Shown here piece after piece: positions 1-9,289 of a stretch of DNA of 64,000 nt. The notes below the pieces were generated by a model. That model saw only the letters and a program-made list of their open reading frames with translations. It did not search any database and was not told where the DNA came from. Source of the stretch: Calditrichia bacterium (GTDB taxonomy: Bacteria > Calditrichota > Calditrichia > JAJRVZ01). A program made the position numbers and the translations under genes. Positions within the stretch are counted from its first letter, which is position 1; each line of letters begins with the position of its first letter. The stretch is taken from the NCBI GenBank assembly GCA_963796965.1, contig CAWCNS010000011.1, forward strand, positions 672,001 to 736,000. The letters are read 5' to 3'.

Positions 1-648
1 TTTTAAATTATCTGTATTCAAATGTATCGTTTCTTTTAGTAATCGAAGATATTTTTCCTCAATTGTTTCTGACATACCCGAAAGTGATTTCGATAATTCT
101 TCTTTTTGTCGTTTTTTGTAACGCATAAAGAGGATCAGTCCTAAAACCAATAGAATTAGTGATAAAACACCTCCCACAATACCGGTGAGTGTACCATTCT
201 CAGAAGACTCTGCAAGCGGTTCACTAATCTTTATTCCAATCCTGCTTGAAATAAGACTCTCGTCTTTTCCTAAAACGGTATCGTGATACCTGATAATAAC
301 CCCATCAATATAAGCCATACCCATTTCTGATGGACGGAAGTAAAATGTGATATCTTTTACCGAAACCATACCGCCCATAGAATTTGTTCTGACTTTATTT
401 GATGAACCACTTCCTCGCGTTGACAAGTTAGTTATTGCCGGTTCAATGATCTCCGAGATAGTATAGCGACTTAGATCTCCCTGCCAGCTTAACTCGAGGT
501 GATACACAACCTCACGATTTAGGGGGACGTTTTCGGATTCCACATAGGTCCGTAACTTAATTTCACTTTTAATACTATCCGATGAAGACTGTGCCAGTAT
601 TGAAGAGGCCATCAAACAGATAAAAGTCAGAAAAAAGAATTTAAACAT
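1..648 (-). CDS. BatD-like exported single-TM membrane protein (3' end runs off the window)
   Basis: Read manually, absent from the ORF track. ATG at 648, open to base 1: MFKFFFLTFICLMASSILAQ (signal peptide)...KLRTYVESENVPLNREVVYHLELSWQG...FYFRPSEMGMAYIDGVII...TM helix GIVGGVLSLILLVLGLILFM followed by RYKKRQK. Confidence 0.6.
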   Translation of the reverse strand, partial: MFKFFFLTFICLMASSILAQSSSDSIKSEIKLRTYVESENVPLNREVVYHLELSWQGDLSRYTISEIIEPAITNLSTRGSGSSNKVRTNSMGGMVSVKDITFYFRPSEMGMAYIDGVIIRYHDTVLGKDESLISSRIGIKISEPLAESSENGTLTGIVGGVLSLILLVLGLILFMRYKKRQKEELSKSLSGMSETIEEKYLRLLKETIHLNTDNLK

Positions 649-834
649 CTTCGATCACCAATACTTTAACGGGTAATTTAGTAGATTTTATAATTTGGGG
701 ATTTGTAATATTTCCTCAGTTGCAGAAAAAAAGCAGCAGAGAGCAGACACAAAGAATCTTTTTGATTGAGATAGAACAGTATATATCTATCTGAATTTTA
801 TGAAGATAACTATATAATCAATACTTCTCCGGCA

Positions 835-868
835 AAAACTTCACAAATACCAGATTGATCTTTGTGAA
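835..868 (-). terminator. Putative intrinsic terminator of the TPR lipoprotein gene
   Basis: Minus strand TTCACAAA-N13-TTTGTGAA stem followed by GTTTTT, about 60 nt after the stop at 929. Confidence 0.4.
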
Positions 869-928
869 TAGTCTCCCTTCTGATTTACCTATTGGAAATC
901 ATCACAAAAACCCGACAGGATTTTACTC

Positions 929-1330
929 TTAATTTTTATTCGCTTGCTCTACGTTCGGATCGGAATCCTTGAAAATAGGAAGATCGTTTATATCCTGTCC
1001 TAATGTTTGTAGCTCATATGTAGCGTCATCAGCCAGGTCATGCTTCGGATACTTTTCAATAAATAATTCATAGTATTTTTTTGCTGCTTCATAATTTTCA
1101 ATATTATTGGCATAAATGTAGCCTATCATGAAGGTTGCTTTTGGTGTATTTTCTCCCTTGGGATAATATTCTATAATCATTTTAAAATCTTTGATAGCCG
1201 TCTCGTACTTCTCCTGATTATAATTATCATGGGCTATTTTAAAATATTCTGCTTCTGATTTCTTCTCAGTGCAACCAAAAAGAACAATAAATGCCATAAG
1301 GATTGAAATAATAAAGAAATACCTTTGCAT
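929..1330 (-). CDS. TPR-repeat lipoprotein (BamD/YbgF-like)
   Basis: Lipobox LFGC; TPR-like helices YETAIKDFKMIIEYYPKG and AAKKYYELFIEKYPKH. Confidence 0.8.
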   Translation of the reverse strand: MQRYFFIISILMAFIVLFGCTEKKSEAEYFKIAHDNYNQEKYETAIKDFKMIIEYYPKGENTPKATFMIGYIYANNIENYEAAKKYYELFIEKYPKHDLADDATYELQTLGQDINDLPIFKDSDPNVEQANKN

Positions 1331-1399
1331 ACGTTTCCCTTTCTAAAAATACCCACACTTAAAATATTATCTATTTTAAGTGATTTTCTGAAATCCTAT

Positions 1400-1428
1400 A
1401 ATTTAATTTATTGCCACTATAAAAGCAA
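1400..1428 (-). promoter_or_regulatory. Putative sigma70 promoter for the TPR lipoprotein gene
   Basis: Minus strand TTGCTT-17nt-TAAATT, 70 nt upstream of the ATG. Confidence 0.45.
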
Positions 1429-1577
1429 TATTACATTTGCCTGATCAACAATAAATTATTCTACTTTTGTATGTAAAAAAAGTTCAACATAAATGAGACT
1501 AATTTTCCCGGTGTTAGAAAATAATAAGTGATAATCCCTTTGGGCAAAATGAAGATATGGAAACCCCAAAGACAAAG

Positions 1578-2777
1578 TTACAAATCCACCTGTTTTAGCG
1601 CTTGGGAGAGATCTTCAATCAAATCCTGCCTGTCCTCAATTCCGATTGAGAGACGTACAAATCCTTCAGATATTCCAATTTGCTCCAATGCTTTTGCATC
1701 GTAAGTGGAATGGGTCATTGAAGCAGGATGTTCAATTAACGAATCCACATCTCCCAGACTTACGGCTAAAACAAAAAGATTAAGACTATTCATGAGTTTC
1801 TCACCAGCTTTACGCCCGCCCTTTATTTCTAATGATACGATTCCCCCATAACCGGACATTTGATTCCTGGCAAGTTCATATTGTGGATGGGTTGTCAAAC
1901 CTGGATACCACACCTTCTTAATCTTTGGATGAAAGGTTAAATATTTGGCAACTTCAAGGGCATTTTCTTGATGGCGCTCCATTCTAATTGCTAATGTTTT
2001 AAGTCCTCTCACCAATAACCATGCATTTAGAGGGCTGATAATACCACCCAGATCCCTCAAAGTATTCCCGCGCAGATCATCAATATATTCTTTTTTCCCT
2101 ATAACAATCCCTGCAACTGTATCGCCATGTCCACCAATATATTTGGTAGCAGAATGTAACACTATGTCTGCACCTAAATCCAACGGTCTTTGAAAATAGG
2201 GTGTACAAAACGTATTATCTACAATAAGGGGAATGTCATATTTATGTGCGATTTTAGCACATCCAGCAATATCGAGAACTGCCAACGTTGGATTTGCAGG
2301 ACTCTCTATATAAATACACCGTGTTTTCTCATCAATGCTATCCGAAATATTTTTTAATTGCGTACCCTCAACTTCTCTTACAGATATACCAAACTTTGGC
2401 AATGTTTCAACAAATAATTGATGGGTTCCACCATATAGAGTATCACTGGCGACAAAATTATCACCACTTTCACATAATGAAAGTATAACCGATGAGATGG
2501 CCGCCATACCAGAGCCAAACGCCAGAGCGGCTTCACCATTCTCGAGAAATGCAACTTCCTTTTCAAGAGCCGCTTGCGTGGGATTGCCAATTCGGGTGTA
2601 GACATATCCCTCTCTTTCTCCGGCGAATATCTCTGCACCAGCCCGGGCACTTTCAAATGCAAAAGTTGAACTCTGGTAAATTGGTAACGAAACAGCACCG
2701 GTTGAAGGATCAGTACCCCCACTACCATGGACACAGACTGTAGCGAATTTTGCTTTTTTTAGATTTAACTTCGACAT
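1578..2777 (-). CDS. Cys/Met metabolism PLP-dependent trans-sulfuration enzyme (methionine gamma-lyase / cystathionine gamma-lyase family)
   Basis: YTRIGNPT, SGMAAI, VDNTF, PLP-lysine motif HSATKYIGGHGD, AVSLGDVDSLIEHPASMTH; SD AGAGG 6 nt before ATG 2777. Confidence 0.9.
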   Translation of the reverse strand: MSKLNLKKAKFATVCVHGSGGTDPSTGAVSLPIYQSSTFAFESARAGAEIFAGEREGYVYTRIGNPTQAALEKEVAFLENGEAALAFGSGMAAISSVILSLCESGDNFVASDTLYGGTHQLFVETLPKFGISVREVEGTQLKNISDSIDEKTRCIYIESPANPTLAVLDIAGCAKIAHKYDIPLIVDNTFCTPYFQRPLDLGADIVLHSATKYIGGHGDTVAGIVIGKKEYIDDLRGNTLRDLGGIISPLNAWLLVRGLKTLAIRMERHQENALEVAKYLTFHPKIKKVWYPGLTTHPQYELARNQMSGYGGIVSLEIKGGRKAGEKLMNSLNLFVLAVSLGDVDSLIEHPASMTHSTYDAKALEQIGISEGFVRLSIGIEDRQDLIEDLSQALKQVDL

Positions 2778-2910
2778 TAGCAACCTCTACATTTCGTTGA
2801 CTTTAACAGAGATATAAGCAGAAATAAATTAACGAATAGGAAGAACACAGGAAAGTAAAAATATTAAAATAATAAGTAATGCTAAAACCATCTTATATTT
2901 TTATATTTTT

Positions 2911-2955
2911 GTTATCCTGTCCCCAAAGGGATCCCTTCGGGTTAATCCTGTCAAA
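2911..2955. repeat. 9-nt periodic repeat arm (AACAGGATT-type) interrupted by a twin mini-hairpin insert
   Basis: gttatcctgt[ccccaaagggatcccttcgg]gttaatcctgtcaaa; removing 22 nt restores the 9-nt periodicity. Confidence 0.55.
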
Positions 2956-3004
2956 TTTATAAATTTTACTCATCATTTGGTCTATCACTATATCTGAGAT
3001 AAAA

Positions 3005-5942
3005 CTATGTTTTACTCGTTTGAACAAAATCCCCTGCCTGCAAACGATAATAGTAAATACCACTGGGAAAACCGGCGGCATCCCATTGAACCTGGTAATG
3101 ACCAGGTAGTTGAACTTTTGATACAATCGTTGCCACCCTTTGCCCTAAGAGATTATAAATTGAAAGTTCAACAAAATTGGGAATTGGTAATTGGTAATTA
3201 ATCTTGGTAACAGGATTAAAGGGATTAGGATAGTTCTGGCCAAGGCTGAATTTTTGTGGCAATGCCGTTTCGCCAGAGATTGCAACAATTGCCTCCACAA
3301 GAACGCCCACCGTATCTGATGATAGGCTTTCCCATCCATCAAGTACGGCTGTTAGATAATAAAAATACTGACTTCCAACATCAACAGAAGAATCAGTGTA
3401 GGCGAAAACTGATGTAGAATCATGGAAAGAAAAAGAACCTATTCCATCTTTTCTGTAAATATTAAAAGTAAGGTCATGACCAGGGTGCCCATCCTGCCAG
3501 GCTAATCCCACGACTTCATCCGTTCTTGTAATATTTACATCATCTGGAGGTGGGGGGATCCGGAATAAGGTGAAAGAAAAGTATCCTTCTTCAGGAAGGG
3601 TTGATACGTTATTATTCTCAGCATTATCGCGGGCAATGATTTTATAGTAAATTGTATCTCCTGCTTCTACAGTATCAGTATCTGTATTAAAAGTTCCCTC
3701 GAACATCCCCGAATCAATCTCTGTCAGAGTAAATCTATTCAGTTTGTCAAAAGATCCAGTTTTATAGGCGACCCAGACCGAATCGACACCAAGATTATCC
3801 CTAACAGTCGTTGATACATCCACTGGCCAAATTGAGATAGGCTGATTATACAACTCTTGGTGATAAATGTCGGGGGCAATCGTATCTGGTCCTGTTAGAA
3901 AAATATGCATACTATCCGGTGCACTTTCGGGATGTCGGGCCGTTAGACCAGTCGAATCCTGTACTGAGATGTAATAAGATATTTTTGCAGGTGATAGGGA
4001 TCCAGGAATTTGAGATGAAAAATAATCTTCAGAAATCAAGAAAAGTTTTGAAGAATCTGATCCGACTGAATCTATCTGCCATACAACCCACAATTTTGAC
4101 GTATCAAGCCCCGCTTCTCCGGATATTATTTGACAGTTAATTTCATAGGAACCATTGAGGTCCTCAGAATGAGGATGTGGTGTATGAACTATCTGTGGCA
4201 GATATGTATTTTTATCTACAAAACCATGAGAGTCAAACCAATACGTTATTTGAGGCAGATGAATGCCATCATATAAATCACGATCCGCCTGAATAAATGA
4301 TTCGGCCGCTTCGACAAATCCAGGCCTCTCACTCCAATAATAATGTGATTGCAAAAACAATGCATCGGTTATATCTGCGCCCAGATCCGTCCAGATATTC
4401 ATGAGCGCCGAAGACCATATCTGCCCACCCTGATGGGTTCCATCGTATAAGTAATAGTCTTCCGGATAATGCCAGTCAAGATCACAGCGGCGCCCGGCCC
4501 AAAAGGTTGTATCTCCTGCTGCAGATTTAATACCCGCATCCCATAGATACAACTGTGGCCAATCAAATGAGTTTAGACGTCGCCGGTAGGATCCGGCCCA
4601 ATAATCTGCTGCACCCTCAAGCAATGAAAATGTTTCACCACCCGCAGTAAATGACACGATGGATAAATGATTTTGGATCGCATGGGCGTATTCATGCCAA
4701 ATGACACTTGCATCTTCTGCATCATCCACCCCACCTTCACCAAATACAAAAAAATTACCATAAGGAGAATAGAACGAATTATCATCATAGGATCCATGAG
4801 GATCCGCCTCAATTGCTTCCAGATTTATATCTGAGAATCCCAGCTCCAATCATCCGTCGGTAAGCCCGATCTATATGATAATAGACCATTACATGTTCAA
4901 ATTCCTCTTCCGACCGCAGATAAATAAAACTATCGGGATGGCTTAGAGCGGGAAAATTATCAACAGGATCATATTTCTCGGCTAATTTAATATAGGGTCC
5001 TTCCAAAATATAGTGGCCATCATTATTTGTAGAAAGGTCATTCAACGTTACGATAATCCGTTCATCATTGAGAGAGGGATGATCTGCATCACCAAAATCC
5101 TGGTAAGCGGCCGGGTCAATACCCTGTCCATAATATTTTTCTGCCATACTCAGGGGATCGGGTTCCCAAACGGCCCCAGTTCCATTTGTACCATCCTGAT
5201 ACATCAAACCATTCAACACTTGTAAAATATCACCATTATCAGCGTCAACAATAATTTCCCAATCTCCAAGAGGATCAGAAACCGGCAACTGAACACGGTA
5301 GGCCAGCATTGCACCCATCTTCTTTGTATCAACTACCATCAATTCTGTTTTTTCTTCAGCATGAAGAAAACCACTGACCTCTAAATAGTTCCGGGCATTT
5401 CTCAGAGCCTCTCCGGGGCTAATATGCGGGTGTAGATTTTGTGGTCGTTTCACCCGGTGGAGGCCATCTACCATGAAAGTAATCTGATCCCGATGGTTTA
5501 CGGTAAGTGTAAGACAGGAATTATAAACAGGGATATCACCGGCCATTTCTCTGTAAAGAAGGTGATTCCCAGCGGGACTAGAACGAATATTTTCAATTGT
5601 TAAATTATCAGAAATAGTACTAAGACCGATCTGAGTCTTGTGAGTCTGAAGAAAATCTTCTGCACTCTCTTTTGCTCGGTTTGATTTGGTTTGGTTTAAC
5701 TTTTGTATTTTATCCGGCATATAACGCTGATGTTGGGGTAGGTTTTCCTGATTTAGAATACGATTTGGAATTGTTTTAAGCGTACTAAACTCAATTTTTT
5801 GATGTTTTGAAACAGGTTTTTGGGAATAGGCACGTCTTTGACCGCCTATCATAATAAGGATCAAGATATTTGCATATATTAAGATTTTACTATGTGCAAA
5901 TAGTTGTTTTGTACTTGGTCTATTTATCTGAAAAAACTTCAT
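3005..5942 (-). CDS. Secreted M36/M4-like zinc metallopeptidase with FTP/PepSY propeptide, Ig/FN3-like domains and a T9SS-type-A-like C-terminal domain (frameshift near 4850)
   Basis: ORFs 4809-5942 and 3005-4849 join at YYHIDRAYRR/LELGFSD. HEXXH motif WHEYAH, third ligand EGAADYWA, propeptide WEIIVDADNGDIL, C-terminal QNYPNPFNPVTKINYQL...SGIYYYRLQAG. Confidence 0.8.
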
Positions 5943-6048
5943 CTACAATTTTCTTATGTCTTGGCCAGAATGTCCGTTAAGAATTTGATTAGAACTCTCA
6001 ATTACCGGAATATCAATTAATTTGGATAGTGGCATTCAATTTATAGAA

Positions 6049-6108
6049 CTTACCCTTGCCGAAGGCATCCCTATGGGAAAATCCCTTTCCTGGAATGGGA
6101 GGGACTTT
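6049..6108. repeat. Intergenic palindrome (TCCCTTTCC...GGGAGGGA) carrying a second copy of the twin mini-hairpin
   Basis: cttaccctt[gccgaaggcatccctatggga]aaatccctttcctggaatgggagggacttt. Confidence 0.5.
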
Positions 6109-6244
6109 AATGAATTACATTAAACGGCTTGTCCAATAGATACTATTCCTGTGTTATATATGAAGATATGTTATTTATGTTCCAACTAGTGTGATCATAA
6201 TCATAATGCCTCAAGACGGACATTCCATAAGCAGATCCCGAGTC

Positions 6245-6279
6245 CCAAATTCCTAATCCCCAATTACAAATCTTATATC
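6245..6279. repeat. Degenerate heptamer tandem array next to the moxR stop
   Basis: ccaaatt cctaatc cccaatt acaaatc ttatatc. Confidence 0.55.
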
Positions 6280-6284
6280 CCGTG

Positions 6285-7286
6285 TCAGTCATCTAATTCT
6301 GAGATTACTTTCTCAATAACATCGTTTACCAGAATATTTTCAGCCTCAGCATGATAGGACACTACCAGACGGTGTCTTATGACCGGCAATGCCATCTCTT
6401 TAACATCGGACAGATCAGGTGTAACTTTTCCCAGTAGCGCAGATCTTACCTTAGCCGCAAGAATCAGATATTGGGAAGCTCTTGGACCGGCTCCCCAACG
6501 TATCCATTCCCTTATATAAGAAAACGGATTTTCTTTAACTGGTCTGGTCGCTGAAATCAGCCGTACGGCATAGTCGATTACATTGTCAGCAACCGGAATT
6601 TTACGAATTAGGTCCTGGTAAAATATGATATCTTCTTTATTTACAACTTTTTTCAATGAAATATCCTGTACACCGGTTGTTTGTGATACAATCATTTTTT
6701 CTTCATCAGGAGAAGGATAGTCAAGCCATAAGTTGAACATAAAGCGATCCAGTTGCGCTTCCGGCAAGGGATAGGTTCCCTCCTGCTCTATCGGATTCTG
6801 GGTAGCCAGTACAAAAAATGGAAGAGGCATAGAATGTGTTTCACCCGCCGAAGTAACCCTAAATTCCTGCATAGCCTCAAGCAAAGCAGATTGCGTTTTA
6901 GGGGGTGTGCGGTTGATTTCATCAGCAAGGATAATATTTGCGAATATGGGTCCCTGAATATATTTGAATGATTTTCCTCCCGTACTCAGGTCCTCTTCAA
7001 TAATTTCACTACCCGTAATATCCGAAGGCATTAAATCGGGTGTAAATTGTATGCGGGAGAATTTAAGATCCATTACTTCACCGAGTGTTTTTATTAACAG
7101 AGTTTTCGCCAAACCAGGGACACCAATGAGCAAGCAATGCCCCCTGGCAAATAATGATATAAGCAGTTGATTGATAATATCTTCCTGGCCAACAATAACC
7201 TTTGCAATTTCACTCTTTATCGTGCTAAATACCTCAGGCAATTTCTCAACCGCTTCCACATCCGCATTTTTTCTTTTTTCTACCAT
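6285..7286 (-). CDS. moxR: MoxR family AAA+ ATPase
   Basis: Walker A GVPGLAKT, RIQFTPDLMPSD, Walker B LADEINR, ATQNPIEQEGTYPLPEAQLDRF. Confidence 0.95.
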   Translation of the reverse strand: MVEKRKNADVEAVEKLPEVFSTIKSEIAKVIVGQEDIINQLLISLFARGHCLLIGVPGLAKTLLIKTLGEVMDLKFSRIQFTPDLMPSDITGSEIIEEDLSTGGKSFKYIQGPIFANIILADEINRTPPKTQSALLEAMQEFRVTSAGETHSMPLPFFVLATQNPIEQEGTYPLPEAQLDRFMFNLWLDYPSPDEEKMIVSQTTGVQDISLKKVVNKEDIIFYQDLIRKIPVADNVIDYAVRLISATRPVKENPFSYIREWIRWGAGPRASQYLILAAKVRSALLGKVTPDLSDVKEMALPVIRHRLVVSYHAEAENILVNDVIEKVISELDD

Positions 7287-7299
7287 TACTTATATTCCC

Positions 7300-7328
7300 T
7301 TGTTCTTCATTTTAAGAGTCTGTAAATT
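7300..7328 (+). promoter_or_regulatory. Putative sigma70 promoter for rlmN-adk
   Basis: TTGTTC-17nt-TAAATT in the divergent moxR/rlmN spacer. Confidence 0.45.
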
Positions 7329-7394
7329 TTTATCGAAGGTTAAATAATAAACCACTAACATCCAAAATTGAATTTTACAAAGCCAGCTTTCTTA

Positions 7395-8465
7395 ATGCAA
7401 ACCAATAATCAGCCTAGAAAATACTTGCTTGATTCTTCGAGAGAAGAAGTCATACGTTATGTTCAGGAGATTGGATTAGAACCGTATCGTGCAAACCAAA
7501 TTTTTAAGGGTATGTATGTACAGAGGCTGCCTGATTTTTCCGGACTTACAACTATTTCTAAGACCTCCCGCGTAGAATTAAATAATAAATCTACTTTGCG
7601 AACCTTTGAACTCCAGGATCAAACAGTATCTGAGATAGATGGAACTACGAAATTTTTATGGTCTTTAGCAGATGGTTTAAAAATTGAAAGTGTCATTATA
7701 TATGAAGGCTCACGGGTTACATTTTGCATATCTTCCCAGGTAGGTTGCGCTCTGGATTGTCAGTTCTGTACTACCGGTAAGATGGGTTTTATCAGAAACC
7801 TTAGCAGCGGAGAGATTGTTGAACAGGTTTTATTAATGATTGACAAAGCAGATAGACCATTAACTAATGTAGTTTATATGGGTATGGGAGAGCCCCTCCT
7901 CAACATTAAGAATGTGATCAAAGCGAGCTACCTTATGGCCGATCCGGAGGGTTTGGCTATTTCAAGAAAAAGGATAACCATTTCAACAAGTGGAGTCGCA
8001 CCTGTCATCCGTGAGTTGGCCGATTCAGAAACACCATTCTCATTGGCTGTTTCCCTTAATGCTGTATTTGAGGATAAGCGCAAAAAAATAATGCCCATAT
8101 CGAAAAAGTTTCCTTTGGATCTTCTTATGAAGAATATCCGGTATTATGTCCAAAAAACAGGTATGCGCGTAACCTTCGAGTATATTATGATTAAAGGGCT
8201 CAATGACAGCCGCAAAGATGCTGATCAAGTGATAAAGTTAACCCGTCAGATACCATGCAAAATAAATTTAATTCCATGCAACTCAACCGATCCTGCCTAT
8301 CCGCCTTCAGAGAATGAAACAGTAAGATGGTTTGGGGATTATTTACACGACAGAGGGAGAACGGCAACGGTTCGATTGCGTAAGGGTTGGGAAATTCAAG
8401 CCGCCTGCGGACAACTATATGCGAAGAACAAAATTAAAATAGGCAGAAAAATAACAAAAATTTAA
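7395..8465 (+). CDS. rlmN: Dual-specificity RNA methyltransferase RlmN (radical SAM)
   Basis: CISSQVGCALDCQFC, MGMGEP, ISTSG, C-terminal AACGQL. Confidence 0.95.
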   Translation: MQTNNQPRKYLLDSSREEVIRYVQEIGLEPYRANQIFKGMYVQRLPDFSGLTTISKTSRVELNNKSTLRTFELQDQTVSEIDGTTKFLWSLADGLKIESVIIYEGSRVTFCISSQVGCALDCQFCTTGKMGFIRNLSSGEIVEQVLLMIDKADRPLTNVVYMGMGEPLLNIKNVIKASYLMADPEGLAISRKRITISTSGVAPVIRELADSETPFSLAVSLNAVFEDKRKKIMPISKKFPLDLLMKNIRYYVQKTGMRVTFEYIMIKGLNDSRKDADQVIKLTRQIPCKINLIPCNSTDPAYPPSENETVRWFGDYLHDRGRTATVRLRKGWEIQAACGQLYAKNKIKIGRKITKI

Positions 8466-8482
8466 TCCCAGGAGATTTAAAT

Positions 8483-9124
8483 ATGCATTTAATACTGTTT
8501 GGTGCCCCGGGTGTGGGCAAAGGTACTCAGGCGAAACTAATAAGTAAAAAATTCAACATACCACAGATATCAACAGGCGATATGTTGCGAGAAGCTGTAA
8601 AAGCAGAGACTGAACTTGGTAAAAAGGCATCAGAGCTCATGAATGCCGGCAAACTCGTACCCGACGAAATTATGCTTGCCCTGATAAAAGACCGAATCGC
8701 AAGAGATGACTGTGAGCCTGGATTTATCCTGGATGGATTCCCACGGACAATAGCCCAGGCAGAAGGCCTCGATAAGCTTTTTTCCGATCTGGCCCTTCAA
8801 GATGTCACCTGCATTGAAATTAGTGTTCCTGATGATGAGATCATTAAGCGGTTAGTAAGCCGTAGATTATGTGAAAAATGTGGAACTGATTATAATTTAG
8901 TCACAAATCCACCACCTCAGGATATGCTCTGTTTAAAATGCAGAGGTAATATTATCCAACGTAAGGATGATAATGAAGAAACAATCTCTAACCGTTTGCA
9001 CGTATATCTGGCACAAACAGCACCATTGAGGGATTATTATGAAGAAAAGGGTGATTTTTATAGTATTGACGGATTACGTGGAATCGATAACGTTCGTGAT
9101 GATATTTTTAAAATATTAGTTTGA
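8483..9124 (+). CDS. adk: Adenylate kinase (Zn-binding LID type)
   Basis: GAPGVGKGTQA, STGDMLR, LDGFPRT, LID CEKC...CLKC, QRKDD; SD AGGAG. Confidence 0.97.
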   Translation: MHLILFGAPGVGKGTQAKLISKKFNIPQISTGDMLREAVKAETELGKKASELMNAGKLVPDEIMLALIKDRIARDDCEPGFILDGFPRTIAQAEGLDKLFSDLALQDVTCIEISVPDDEIIKRLVSRRLCEKCGTDYNLVTNPPPQDMLCLKCRGNIIQRKDDNEETISNRLHVYLAQTAPLRDYYEEKGDFYSIDGLRGIDNVRDDIFKILV

Positions 9125-9289
9125 TTACGATCGATTCTAGCAATATTTAAAATAAAGTTACCTTCTTTTTAGTTTAATAGGGTATATTATTCAGAACAGG
9201 ACTGGACTACCTCAAGTCAATGAATCTATCTGGTTATATAAAAGTATAAGGGTGATTACCAGATAATAATTTAATGAGGTGTAGATTAT

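Noticed and set aside
2780..3000. SAM riboswitch upstream of the Met/Cys lyase
   Set aside because: No SAM-I core (AUCnAGAG...GCAACC...GUGC) is recognisable; the structure present is the repeat plus mini-hairpin.
2893..3126. 77-aa ORF overlapping the peptidase 3' end
   Set aside because: An alternative frame that runs through non-coding repeat sequence.
1..7286. Complete MoxR-DUF58-vWA (Bat) operon
   Set aside because: moxR and the BatD-like gene are separated by unrelated genes, and no DUF58 or BatA gene is in the window.
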